A DNA stretch of 64,000 nt from NCBI RefSeq assembly GCF_009914755.1, contig NC_060937.1; one strand, written 5' to 3'. Below are positions 39,601-52,400 of the stretch, in pieces (the stretch's first letter is position 1; each line of letters starts with the position of its first letter). Below the pieces are notes generated by a model. That model did not search any database and was not told the DNA's origin. It was given only the letters and a program-made list of their open reading frames with translations. Position numbers and translations under genes: made by a program. This DNA is from the human T2T-CHM13v2.0 reference genome, Homo sapiens.

Positions 39601-42600
39601 TTTTCCAACGATATCGTTAAAGCAATCTAAATATCCATTTGCAGAATCCACAAAAATAGAGTTTCAAAGCTGCTCTGTAAAAAGAAAGGTTCCACTCTGT
39701 TAGCTGAGTACACACATCACAAACTTGTTTCTCAGAATCCTTCTGTCTCGTTTTTCTGGGAAGATATTTACTTTTTCACCGTAGGCATCAAAGCGCTCCA
39801 AATGTCCACATCCAGATACTCCAGAAAGAGTGTTTCAAACCTGCTCTATGAAAGGGAATCTTCAACTCTATGAGTTGAATGCAGACATCAGAAAGAAATT
39901 TCTGAGAATGCTGCTGTCTACCTTTTATTTGAATTCCCGCTTCCAACGAAATCCTCCAAGCTATCCAAATATCCACTTGCAGATTCCACAAAAAGAGTGT
40001 TTCAAAACTGCTCTCTATCAATGGCAAAGTTCAACTCTGTTAGTTGAGGACACATATCACCAACAAGTTTCTGAGAATGCTTCTGTCTATTTTTTATGGG
40101 AAGATATTTCCTTTTTCACCGTAGGCGTCAAGGCGATCGAAATGTCCACTTCCACAAACTACAAAAAGAGTGTTTCAAACCTGCTCTATGAAAGGCCATG
40201 TTCATCTCTATGAGTCGAATGGAAATATCCGAAAGAAATTTCTGGGAATGCTGCTGTCTAGTTTTTATACGAATTCCCGCTTCCAACGAAATCCTCAAAG
40301 CAATCCAAATATCCACTTGCAGAATCCACAAAAAGAGTGTTTCAAAACTGCTCTATCAATAGAAAGGTTCAACTCTTTTAGTTGAGTACACACATCACAA
40401 ACAAGTTTCTGAGAATGCTTCTGTCTGGCTTTTATTGGAAGACGTTTCCTTTTCACCAAAGGCATCAAAGCGCTCCAAATGTCCACTTCCAGATTCTTCC
40501 AAAAGAGTGTTTGAAACGTGCTCAAAGTAAGGGAATGTTCAACTCTGTGACTTGAATGCAGATATCACCAAGTAGTTTCTAATAGTGCTTCTGTCTAGAT
40601 TTTAGATGATGATATTCCCGTTTCCAACGAAATCGTTAGAGCTATCCAAATATCCACTTACAGTTGCTACAAAAAGAGTGTTTCCAAACTGCTGCATCAA
40701 AAGAAAGGTTCAACTCTGTTAGTTGAGGACACACGTCACAAAGAAGTTTGTGAGAATGCTTCTGTCTAGATTTTGTATGACGATATTCCCTTTTCCAACG
40801 ATATCGTTAAAGCAATCTAAATATCCATTTGCAGAATCCACAAAAATAGAGTTTCAAAGCTGCTCTGTAAAAAGAAAGGTTCCACTCTGTTAGCTGAGTA
40901 CACACATCACAAACTTGTTTCTCAGAATCCTTCTGTCTCGTTTTTATGGGAAGATATTTACTTTTTCACCGTAGGCATCAAAGCGCTCCAAATGTCCACA
41001 TCCAGATACTCCAGAAAGAGTGTTTCAAACCTGCTCTATGAAAGGGAATCTTCAACTCTATGAGTTGAATGCAGACATCAGAAAGAAATTTCTGAGAATG
41101 CTGCTGTCTACCTTTTATTTGAATTCCCGCTTCCAACGAAATCCTCCAAGCTATCCAAATATCCACTTGCAGATTCCACAAAAAGAGTGTTTCAAAACTG
41201 CTCTCTATCAATGGCAAAGTTCAACTCTGTTAGTTGAGGACACATATCACCAACAAGTTTCTGAGAATGCTTCTGTCTATTTTTTATGGGAAGATATTTC
41301 CTTTTTCACCGTAGGCGTCAAGGCGATCGAAATGTCCACTTCCACAAACTACAAAAAGAGTGTTTCAAACCTGCTCTATGAAAGGCCATGTTCATCTCTA
41401 TGAGTCGAATGGAAATATCCGAAAGAAATTTCTGGGAATGCTGCTGTCTAGTTTTTATACGAATTCCCGCTTCCAACGAAATCCTCAAAGCAATCCAAAT
41501 ATCCACTTGCAGAATCCACAAAAAGAGTGTTTCAAAACTGCTCTATCAATAGAAAGGTTCAACTCTTTTAGTTGAGTACACACATCACAAACAAGTTTCT
41601 GAGAATGCTTCTGTCTGGCTTTTATTGGAAGACGTTTCCTTTTCACCAAAGGCATCAAAGCGCTCCAAATGTCCACTTCCAGATTCTTCCAAAAGAGTGT
41701 TTGAAACGTGCTCAAAGTAAGGGAATGTTCAACTCTGTGACTTGAATGCAGATATCACCAAGTAGTTTCTAATAGTGCTTCTGTCTAGATTTTAGATGAT
41801 GATATTCCCGTTTCCAACGAAATCGTTAGAGCTATCCAAATATCCACTTACAGTTGCTACAAAAACAGTGTTTCCAAACTGCTGCATCAAAAGAAAGGTT
41901 CAACTCTGTTAGTTGAGGACACACATCACAAAGAAGTTTGTGAGAATGCTTCTGTCTAGATTTTGTATGACGATATTCCCTTTTCCAACGATATCGTTAA
42001 AGCAATCTAAATATCCATTTGCAGAATCCACAAAAATAGAGTTTCAAAGCTGCTCTGTAAAAAGAAAGGTTCCACTCTGTTAGCTGAGTACACACATCAC
42101 AAACTTGTTTCTCAGAATCCTTCTGTCTCGTTTTTCTGGGAAGATATTTACTTTTTCACCGTAGGCATCAAAGCGCTCCAAATGTCCACATCCAGATACT
42201 CCAGAAAGAGTGTTTCAAACCTGCTCTATGAAAGGGAATCTTCAACTCTATGAGTTGAATGCAGACATCAGAAAGAAATTTCTGAGAATGCTGCTGTCTA
42301 CCTTTTATTTGAATTCCCGCTTCCAACGAAATCCTCCAAGCTATCCAAATATCCACTTGCAGATTCCACAAAAAGAGTGTTTCAAAACTGCTCTCTATCA
42401 ATGGCAAAGTTCAACTCTGTTAGTTGAGGACACATATCACCAACAAGTTTCTGAGAATGCTTCTGTCTATTTTTTATGGGAAGATATTTCCTTTTTCACC
42501 GTAGGCGTCAAGGCGATCGAAATGTCCACTTCCACAAACTACAAAAAGAGTGTTTCAAACCTGCTCTATGAAAGGCCATGTTCATCTCTATGAGTCGAAT

Positions 42601-45600
42601 GGAAATATCCGAAAGAAATTTCTGGGAATGCTGCTGTCTAGTTTTTATACGAATTCCCGCTTCCAACGAAATCCTCAAAGCAATCCAAATATCCACTTGC
42701 AGAATCCACAAAAAGAGTGTTTCAAAACTGCTCTATCAATAGAAAGGTTCAACTCTTTTAGTTGAGTACACACATCACAAACAAGTTTCTGAGAATGCTT
42801 CTGTCTGGCTTTTATTGGAAGACGTTTCCTTTTCACCAAAGGCATCAAAGCGCTCCAAATGTCCACTTCCAGATTCTTCCAAAAGAGTGTTTGAAACGTG
42901 CTCAAAGTAAGGGAATGTTCAACTCTGTGACTTGAATGCAGATATCACCAAGTAGTTTCTAATAGTGCTTCTGTCTAGATTTTAGATGATGATATTCCCG
43001 TTTCCAACGAAATCGTTAGAGCTATCCAAATATCCACTTAGTTTCTACAAAAAGAGTGTTTCCAAACTGCTGCATCAAAAGAAAGGTTCAACTCTGTTAG
43101 TTGAGGACACACATCACAAAGAAGTTTGTGAGAATGCTTCTGTCTATATTTTGTATGACCATATTCCCTTTTCCAGCGATATCATTAAAGCAATCTAAAT
43201 ATCCATTTGCAGAATCCACAAAAATAGAGTTTCAAAGCTGCTCTGTAAAAAGAAAGGTTCCACTCTGTTAGCTGAGTACACACATCACAAACTTGTTTCT
43301 CAGAATCCTTCTGTCTCGTTTTTCTGGGAAGATATTTACTTTTTCACCGTAGGCATCAAAGCGCTCCAAATGTCCACATCCAGATACTCCAGAAAGAGTG
43401 TTTCAAACCTGCTCTATGAAAGGGAATCTTCAACTCTATGAGTTGAATGCAGACATCAGAAAGAAATTTCTGAGAATGCTGCTGTCTACCTTTTATTTGA
43501 ATTCCCGCTTCCAACGAAATCCTCCAAGCTATCCAAATATCCACTTGCATTTTCCACAAAAAGAGTGCTTCAAAACTGCTCTATCAATAAATGTTCAACT
43601 CCTTTAGCTGGGTGCACACAACACAAACAAGTTTCTGAGAATGCTTCTGTCTAGTTTTTATGGGAAGACATTCCCTTTTTCACCAAAGGCATCAAAGCGC
43701 TCCAAATGTCCACTTCCAGACACTACAAAAAGAGTGTTTCCAACGTGCTCTAAGAAAGCGAATGTTCAACTCTGTGACTTGAATGCAGATATCACAAAGT
43801 AGTTTCTGAGAGGGCTTCTGTCTAGATTTTAGATGATGATATTCCCGTTTCCAACGAAATCATTAGAGCTATCCAAATATCCACTTACGGTTTCTACAAA
43901 AAGAGTGTTTCCAAACTGCTGCATCAAAAGAGAGGTTCCACTCTGTTAGCTGAGTACACACATCACAAACTTGTTTCTCAGAATCCTTCTGTCTCGTTTT
44001 TCTGGGAAGATATTTACTTTTTCACCGTAGGCATCAAAGCGCTCCAAATGTCCACATCCAGATACTCCAGAAAGAGTGTTTCAAACCTGCTCTATGAAAG
44101 GGAATCTTCAACTCTATGAGTTGAATGCAGACATCAGAAAGAAATTTCTGAGAATGCTGCTGTCTACCTTTTATTTGAATTCCCGCTTCCAACGAAATCC
44201 TCCAAGCTATCCAAATATCCACTTGCAGATTCCACAAAAAGAGTGTTTCAAAACTGCTCTCTATCAATGGCAAAGTTCAACTCTGTTAGTTGAGGACACA
44301 TATCACCAACAAGTTTCTGAGAATGCTTCTGTCTATTTTTTATGGGAAGATATTTCCTTTTTCACCGTAGGCGTCAAGGCGATCGAAATGTCCACTTCCA
44401 CAAACTACAAAAAGAGTGTTTCAAACCTGCTCTATGAAAGGCCATGTTCATCTCTATGAGTCGAATGGAAATATCCGAAAGAAATTTCTGGGAATGCTGC
44501 TGTCTAGTTTTTATACGAATTCCCGCTTCCAACGAAATCCTCAAAGCAATCCAAATATCCACTTGCAGAATCCACAAAAAGAGTGTTTCAAAACTGCTCT
44601 ATCAATAGAAAGGTTCAACTCTTTTAGTTGAGTACACACATAACAAACAAGTTTCTGAGAATGCTTCTGTCTGGCTTTTTTTGGAAGACGTTTCCTTTTC
44701 ACCAAAGGCATCAAAGCGCTCCAAATGTCCACTTCCAGATTCTTCCAAAAGAGTGTTTGAAACGTGCTCAAAGTAAGGGAATGTTCAACTCTGTGACTTG
44801 AATGCAGATATCACCAAGTAGTTTCTAATAGTGCTTCTGTCTAGATTTTAGATGATGATATTCCCGTTTCCAACGAAATCGTTAGAGCTATCCAAATATC
44901 CACTTACAGTTGCTACAAAAACAGTGTTTCCAAACTGCTGCATCAAAAGAAAGGTTCAACTCTGTTAGTTGAGGACACACATCACAAAGAAGTTTGTGAG
45001 AATGCTTCTGTCTAGATTTTGTATGACGATATTCCCTTTTCCAACGATATCGTTAAAGCAATCTAAATATCCATTTGCAGAATCCACAAAAATAGAGTTT
45101 CAAAGCTGCTCTGTAAAAAGAAAGGTTCCACTCTGTTAGCTGAGTACACACATCACAAACTTGTTTCTCAGAATCCTTCTGTCTCGTTTTTATGGGAAGA
45201 TATTTACTTTTTCACCGTAGGCATCAAAGCGCTCCAAATGTCCACATCCAGATACTCCAGAAAGAGTGTTTCAAACCTGCTCTATGAAAGGGAATCTTCA
45301 ACTCTATGAGTTGAATGCAGACATCAGAAAGAAATTTCTGAGAATGCTGCTGTCTACCTTTTATTTGAATTCCCGCTTCCAACGAAATCCTCCAAGCTAT
45401 CCAAATATCCACTTGCAGATTCCACAAAAAGAGTGTTTCAAAACTGCTCTCTATCAATGGCAAAGTTCAACTCTGTTAGTTGAGGACACATATCACCAAC
45501 AAGTTTCTGAGAATGCTTCTGTCTATTTTTTATGGGAAGATATTTCCTTTTTCACCGTAGGCGTCAAGGCGATCGAAATGTCCACTTCCACAAACTACAA

Positions 45601-48600
45601 AAAGAGTGTTTCAAACCTGCTCTATGAAAGGCCATGTTCATCTCTATGAGTCGAATGGAAATATCCGAAAGAAATTTCTGGGAATGCTGCTGTCTAGTTT
45701 TTATACGAATTCCCGCTTCCAACGAAATCCTCAAAGCAATCCAAATATCCACTTGCAGAATCCACAAAAAGAGTGTTTCAAAACTGCTCTATCAATAGAA
45801 AGGTTCAACTCTTTTAGTTGAGTACACACATCACAAACAAGTTTCTGAGAATGCTTCTGTCTGGCTTTTATTGGAAGACGTTTCCTTTTCACCAAAGGCA
45901 TCAAAGCGCTCCAAATGTCCACTTCCAGATTCTTCCAAAAGAGTGTTTGAAACGTGCTCAAAGTAAGGGAATGTTCAACTCTGTGACTTGAATGCAGATA
46001 TCACCAAGTAGTTTCTAATAGTGCTTCTGTCTAGATTTTAGATGATGATATTCCCGTTTCCAACGAAATCGTTAGAGCTATCCAAATATCCACTTACAGT
46101 TGCTACAAAAACAGTGTTTCCAAACTGCTGCATCAAAAGAAAGGTTCAACTCTGTTAGTTGAGGACACACATCACAAAGAAGTTTGTGAGAATGCTTCTG
46201 TCTAGATTTTGTATGACCATATTCCCTTTTCCAGCGATATCATTAAAGCAATCTAAATATCCATTTGCAGAATCCACAAAAATAGAGTTTCAAAGCTGCT
46301 CTGTAAAAAGAAAGGTTCCACTCTGTTAGCTGAGTACACACATCACAAACTTGTTTCTCAGAATCCTTCTGTCTCGTTTTTATGGGAAGATATTTACTTT
46401 TTCACCGTAGGCATCAAAGCGCTCCAAATGTCCACATCCAGATACTCCAGAAAGAGTGTTTCAAACCTGCTCTATGAAAGGGAATCTTCAACTCTATGAG
46501 TTGAATGCAGACATCAGAAAGAAATTTCTGAGAATGCTGCTGTCTACCTTTTATTTGAACTCCCGCTTCCAACGAAATCCTCCAAGCTATCCAAATATCC
46601 ACTTGCATTTTCCACAAAAAGAGTGCTTCAAAACTGCTCTATCAATAAATGTTCAACTCCTTTAGCTGGGTGCACACATCACAAACAAGTTTCTGAGAAT
46701 GCTTCTGTCTAGTTTTTATGGGAAGACATTCCCTTTTTCACCAAAGGCATCAAAGCGCTCCAAATGTCCACTTCCAGACACTACAAAAAGAGTGTTTCCA
46801 ACGTGCTCTAAGAAAGCGAATGTTCAACTCTGTGACTTGAATGCAGATATCACAAAGTAGTTTCTGAGAGGGCTTCTGTCTAGATTTTAGATGATGATAT
46901 TCCCGTTTCCAACGAAATCATTAGAGCTATCCAAATATCCACTTACGGTTTCTACAAAAAGAGTGTTTCCAAACTGCTGCATCAAAAGAGAGGTTCCACT
47001 CTGTTAGCTGAGTACACACATCACAAACTTGTTTCTGAGAATCCTTCTGTGTCGTTTTTATGGGAAGATATTTACTTTTTCACCGTAGGCATCAAAGCGC
47101 TCCAAATGTCCACATCCAGATACTCCAGAAAGAGTGTTTCAAACCTGCTCTATGAAAGGGAATCTTCAACTCTATGAGTTGAATGCAGACATCAGAAAGA
47201 AATTTCTGAGAATGCTGCTGTCTACCTTTTATTTGAATTCCCGCTTCCAACGAAATCCTCCAAGCTATCCAAATATCCACTTGCAGATTCCACAAAAAGA
47301 GTGTTTCAAAACTGCTCTCTATCAATGGCAAAGTTCAACTCTGTTAGTTGAGGACACATATCACCAACAAGTTTCTGAGAATGCTTCTGTCTATTTTTTA
47401 TGGGAAGATATTTCCTTTTTCACCGTAGGCGTCAAGGCGATCGAAATGTCCACTTCCACAAACTACAAAAAGAGTGTTTCAAACCTGCTCTATGAAAGGC
47501 CATGTTCATCTCTATGAGTCGAATGGAAATATCCGAAAGAAATTTCTGGGAATGCTGCTGTCTAGTTTTTATACGAATTCCCGCTTCCAACGAAATCCTC
47601 AAAGCAATCCAAATATCCACTTGCAGAATCCACAAAAAGAGTGTTTCAAAACTGCTCTATCAATAGAAAGGTTCAACTCTTTTAGTTGAGTACACACATC
47701 ACAAACAAGTTTCTGAGAATGCTTCTGTCTGGTTTTTATTGGAAGACGTTTCCTTTTCACCAAAGGCATCAAAGCGCTCCAAATGTCCACTTCCAGATTC
47801 TTCCAAAAGAGTGTTTGAAACGTGCTCAAAGTAAGGGAATGTTCAACTCTGTGACTTGAATGCAGATATCACCAAGTAGTTTCTAATAGTGCTTCTGTCT
47901 AGATTTTAGATGATGATATTCCCGTTTCCAACGAAATCGTTAGAGCTATCCAAATATCCACTTACAGTTGCTACAAAAACAGTGTTTCCAAACTGCTGCA
48001 TCAAAAGAAAGGTTCAACTCTGTTAGTTGAGGACACACATCACAAAGAAGTTTGTGAGAATGCTTCTGTCTAGATTTTGTATGACGATATTCCCTTTTCC
48101 AACGATATCGTTAAAGCAATCTAAATATCCATTTGCAGAATCCACAAAAATAGAGTTTCAAAGCTGCTCTGTAAAAAGAAAGGTTCCACTCTGTTAGCTG
48201 AGTACACACATCACAAACTTGTTTCTCAGAATCCTTCTGTCTCGTTTTTATGGGAAGATATTTACTTTTTCACCGTAGGCATCAAAGCGCTCCAAATGTC
48301 CACATCCAGATACTCCAGAAAGAGTGTTTCAAACCTGCTCTATGAAAGGGAATCTTCAACTCTATGAGTTGAATGCAGACATCAGAAAGAAATTTCTGAG
48401 AATGCTGCTGTCTACCTTTTATTTGAATTCCCGCTTCCAACGAAATCCTCCAAGCTATCCAAATATCCACTTGCAGATTCCACAAAAAGAGTGTTTCAAA
48501 ACTGCTCTCTATCAATGGCAAAGTTCAACTCTGTTAGTTGAGGACACATATCACCAACAAGTTTCTGAGAATGCTTCTGTCTATTTTTTATGGGAAGATA

Positions 48601-49431
48601 TTTCCTTTTTCACCGTAGGCGTCAAGGCGATCGAAATGTCCACTTCCACAAACTACAAAAAGAGTGTTTCAAACCTGCTCTATGAAAGGCCATGTTCATC
48701 TCTATGAGTCGAATGGAAATATCCGAAAGAAATTTCTGGGAATGCTGCTGTCTAGTTTTTATACGAATTCCCGCTTCCAACGAAATCCTCAAAGCAATCC
48801 AAATATCCACTTGCAGAATCCACAAAAAGAGTGTTTCAAAACTGCTCTATCAATAGAAAGGTTCAACTCTTTTAGTTGAGTACACACATCACAAACAAGT
48901 TTCTGAGAATGCTTCTGTCTGGCTTTTATTGGAAGACGTTTCCTTTTCACCAAAGGCATCAAAGCGCTCCAAATGTCCACTTCCAGATTCTTCCAAAAGA
49001 GTGTTTGAAACGTGCTCAAAGTAAGGGAATGTTCAACTCTGTGACTTGAATGCAGATATCACCAAGTAGTTTCTAATAGTGCTTCTGTCTAGATTTTAGA
49101 TGATGATATTCCCGTTTCCAACGAAATCGTTAGAGCTATCCAAATATCCACTTACAGTTGCTACAAAAACAGTGTTTCCAAACTGCTGCATCAAAAGAAA
49201 GGTTCAACTCTGTTAGTTGAGGACACACGTCACAAAGAAGTTTGTGAGAATGCTTCTGTCTAGATTTTGTATGACGATATTCCCTTTTCCAACGATATCG
49301 TTAAAGCAATCTAAATATCCATTTGCAGAATCCACAAAAATAGAGTTTCAAAGCTGCTCTGTAAAAAGAAAGGTTCCACTCTGTTAGCTGAGTACACACA
49401 TCACAAACTTGTTTCTCAGAATCCTTCTGTC

Positions 49432-52400
49432 TCGTTTTTATGGGAAGATATTTACTTTTTCACCGTAGGCATCAAAGCGCTCCAAATGTCCACATCCAGA
49501 TACTCCAGAAAGAGTGTTTCAAACCTGCTCTATGAAAGGGAATCTTCAACTCTATGAGTTGAATGCAGACATCAGAAAGAAATTTCTGAGAATGCTGCTG
49601 TCTACCTTTTATTTGAATTCCCGCTTCCAACGAAATCCTCCAAGCTATCCAAATATCCACTTGCAGATTCCACAAAAAGAGTGTTTCAAAACTGCTCTCT
49701 ATCAATGGCAAAGTTCAACTCTGTTAGTTGAGGACACATATCACCAACAAGTTTCTGAGAATGCTTCTGTCTATTTTTTATGGGAAGATATTTCCTTTTT
49801 CACCGTAGGCGTCAAGGCGATCGAAATGTCCACTTCCACAAACTACAAAAAGAGTGTTTCAAACCTGCTCTATGAAAGGCCATGTTCATCTCTATGAGTC
49901 GAATGGAAATATCCGAAAGAAATTTCTGGGAATGCTGCTGTCTAGTTTTTATACGAATTCCCGCTTCCAACGAAATCCTCAAAGCAATCCAAATATCCAC
50001 TTGCAGAATCCACAAAAAGAGTGTTTCAAAACTGCTCTATCAATAGAAAGGTTCAACTCTTTTAGTTGAGTACACACATCACAAACAAGTTTCTGAGAAT
50101 GCTTCTGTCTGGCTTTTATTGGAAGACGTTTCCTTTTCACCAAAGGCATCAAAGCGCTCCAAATGTCCACTTCCAGATTCTTCCAAAAGAGTGTTTGAAA
50201 CGTGCTCAAAGTAAGGGAATGTTCAACTCTGTGACTTGAATGCAGATATCACCAAGTAGTTTCTAATAGTGCTTCTGTCTAGATTTTAGATGATGATATT
50301 CCCGTTTCCAACGAAATCGTTAGAGCTATCCAAATATCCACTTAGTTTCTACAAAAAGAGTGTTTCCAAACTGCTGCATCAAAAGAAAGGTTCAACTCTG
50401 TTAGTTGAGGACACACATCACAAAGAAGTTTGTGAGAATGCTTCTGTCTAGATTTTGTATGACCATATTCCCTTTTCCAGCGATATCATTAAAGCAATCT
50501 AAATATCCATTTGCAGAATCCACAAAAATAGAGTTTCAAAGCTGCTCTGTAAAAAGAAAGGTTCCACTCTGTTAGCTGAGTACACACATCACAAACTTGT
50601 TTCTCAGAATCCTTCTGTCTCGTTTTTATGGGAAGATATTTACTTTTTCACCGTAGGCATCAAAGCGCTCCAAATGTCCACATCCAGATACTCCAGAAAG
50701 AGTGTTTCAAACCTGCTCTATGAAAGGGAATCTTCAACTCTATGAGTTGAATGCAGACATCAGAAAGAAATTTCTGAGAATGCTGCTGTCTACCTTTTAT
50801 TTGAATTCCCGCTTCCAACGAAATCCTCCAAGCTATCCAAATATCCACCTGCATTTTCCACAAAAAGAGCGTTTCAAAACTGCTCTATCAATAGAAATGT
50901 TCAACTCCTTTGGCTGGGTACACACATCACAAACAAGTTTCTGAGAATGCTTCTGTCTAGTTTTTATGGGAAGACATTCCCTTTTTCACCAAAGGCATCA
51001 AAGCGCTCCAAATGTCCACTTCCAGACACTACAAAAAGAGTGTTTCCAACGTGCTCTAAGAAAGCGAATGTTCAACTCTGTGACTTGAATGCAGATATCA
51101 CAAAGTAGTTTCTGAGAGGGCTTCTGTCTAGATTTTAGATGATGATATTCCCGTTTCCAACGAAATCATTAGAGCTATCCAAATATCCACTTACAGTTTC
51201 TACAAAAAGAGTGTTTCCAAACTGCTGCATCAAAAGAGAGGTTCCACTCTGTTAGCTGAGTACACACATCACAAACTTGTTTCTCAGAATCCTTCTGTCT
51301 CGTTTTTCTGGGAAGATATTTACTTTTTCACCGTAGGCATCAAAGCGCTCCAAATGTCCACATCCAGATACTCCAGAAAGAGTGTTTCAAACCTGCTCTA
51401 TGAAAGGGAATCTTCAACTCTATGAGTTGAATGCAGACATCAGAAAGAAATTTCTGAGAATGCTGCTGTCTACCTTTTATTTGAATTCCCGCTTCCAACG
51501 AAATCCTCCAAGCTATCCAAATATCCACTTGCAGATTCCACAAAAAGAGTGTTTCAAAACTGCTCTCTATCAATGGCAAAGTTCAACTCTGTTAGTTGAG
51601 GACACATATCACCAACAAGTTTCTGAGAATGCTTCTGTCTATTTTTTATGGGAAGATATTTCCTTTTTCACCGTAGGCGTCAAGGCGATCGAAATGTCCA
51701 CTTCCACAAACTACAAAAAGAGTGTTTCAAACCTGCTCTATGAAAGGCCATGTTCATCTCTGTGAGTCGAATGGAAATATCCGAAAGAAATTTCTGGGAA
51801 TGCTGCTGTCTAGTTTTTATACGAATTCCCGCTTCCAACGAAATCCTCAAAGCAATCCAAATATCCACTTGCAGAATCCACAAAAAGAGTGTTTCAAAAC
51901 TGCTCTATCAATAGAAAGGTTCAACTCTTTTAGTTGAGTACACACATCACAAACAAGTTTCTGAGAATGCTTCTGTCTGGCTTTTATTGGAAGACGTTTC
52001 CTTTTCACCAAAGGCATCAAAGCGCTCCAAATGTCCACTTCCAGATTCTTCCAAAAGAGTGTTTGAAACGTGCTCAAAGTAAGGGAATGTTCAACTCTGT
52101 GACTTGAATGCAGATATCACCAAGTAGTTTCTAATAGTGCTTCTGTCTAGATTTTAGATGATGATATTCCCGTTTCCAACGAAATCGTTAGAGCTATCCA
52201 AATATCCACTTACAGTTGCTACAAAAACAGTGTTTCCAAACTGCTGCATCAAAAGAAAGGTTCAACTCTGTTAGTTGAGGACACACATCACAAAGAAGTT
52301 TGTGAGAATGCTTCTGTCTAGATTTTGTATGACGATATTCCCTTTTCCAACGATATCGTTAAAGCAATCTAAATATCCATTTGCAGAATCCACAAAAATA

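Noticed and set aside
42986-43198. Unique 70-aa ORF, and other one-off ORFs at 23591-23782 and 28276-28509
   Set aside because: Each is created or truncated by one or two satellite variants (2-bp deletion plus G>T at 43147; T>C at 23750; C>T at 28507). None is an inserted gene.
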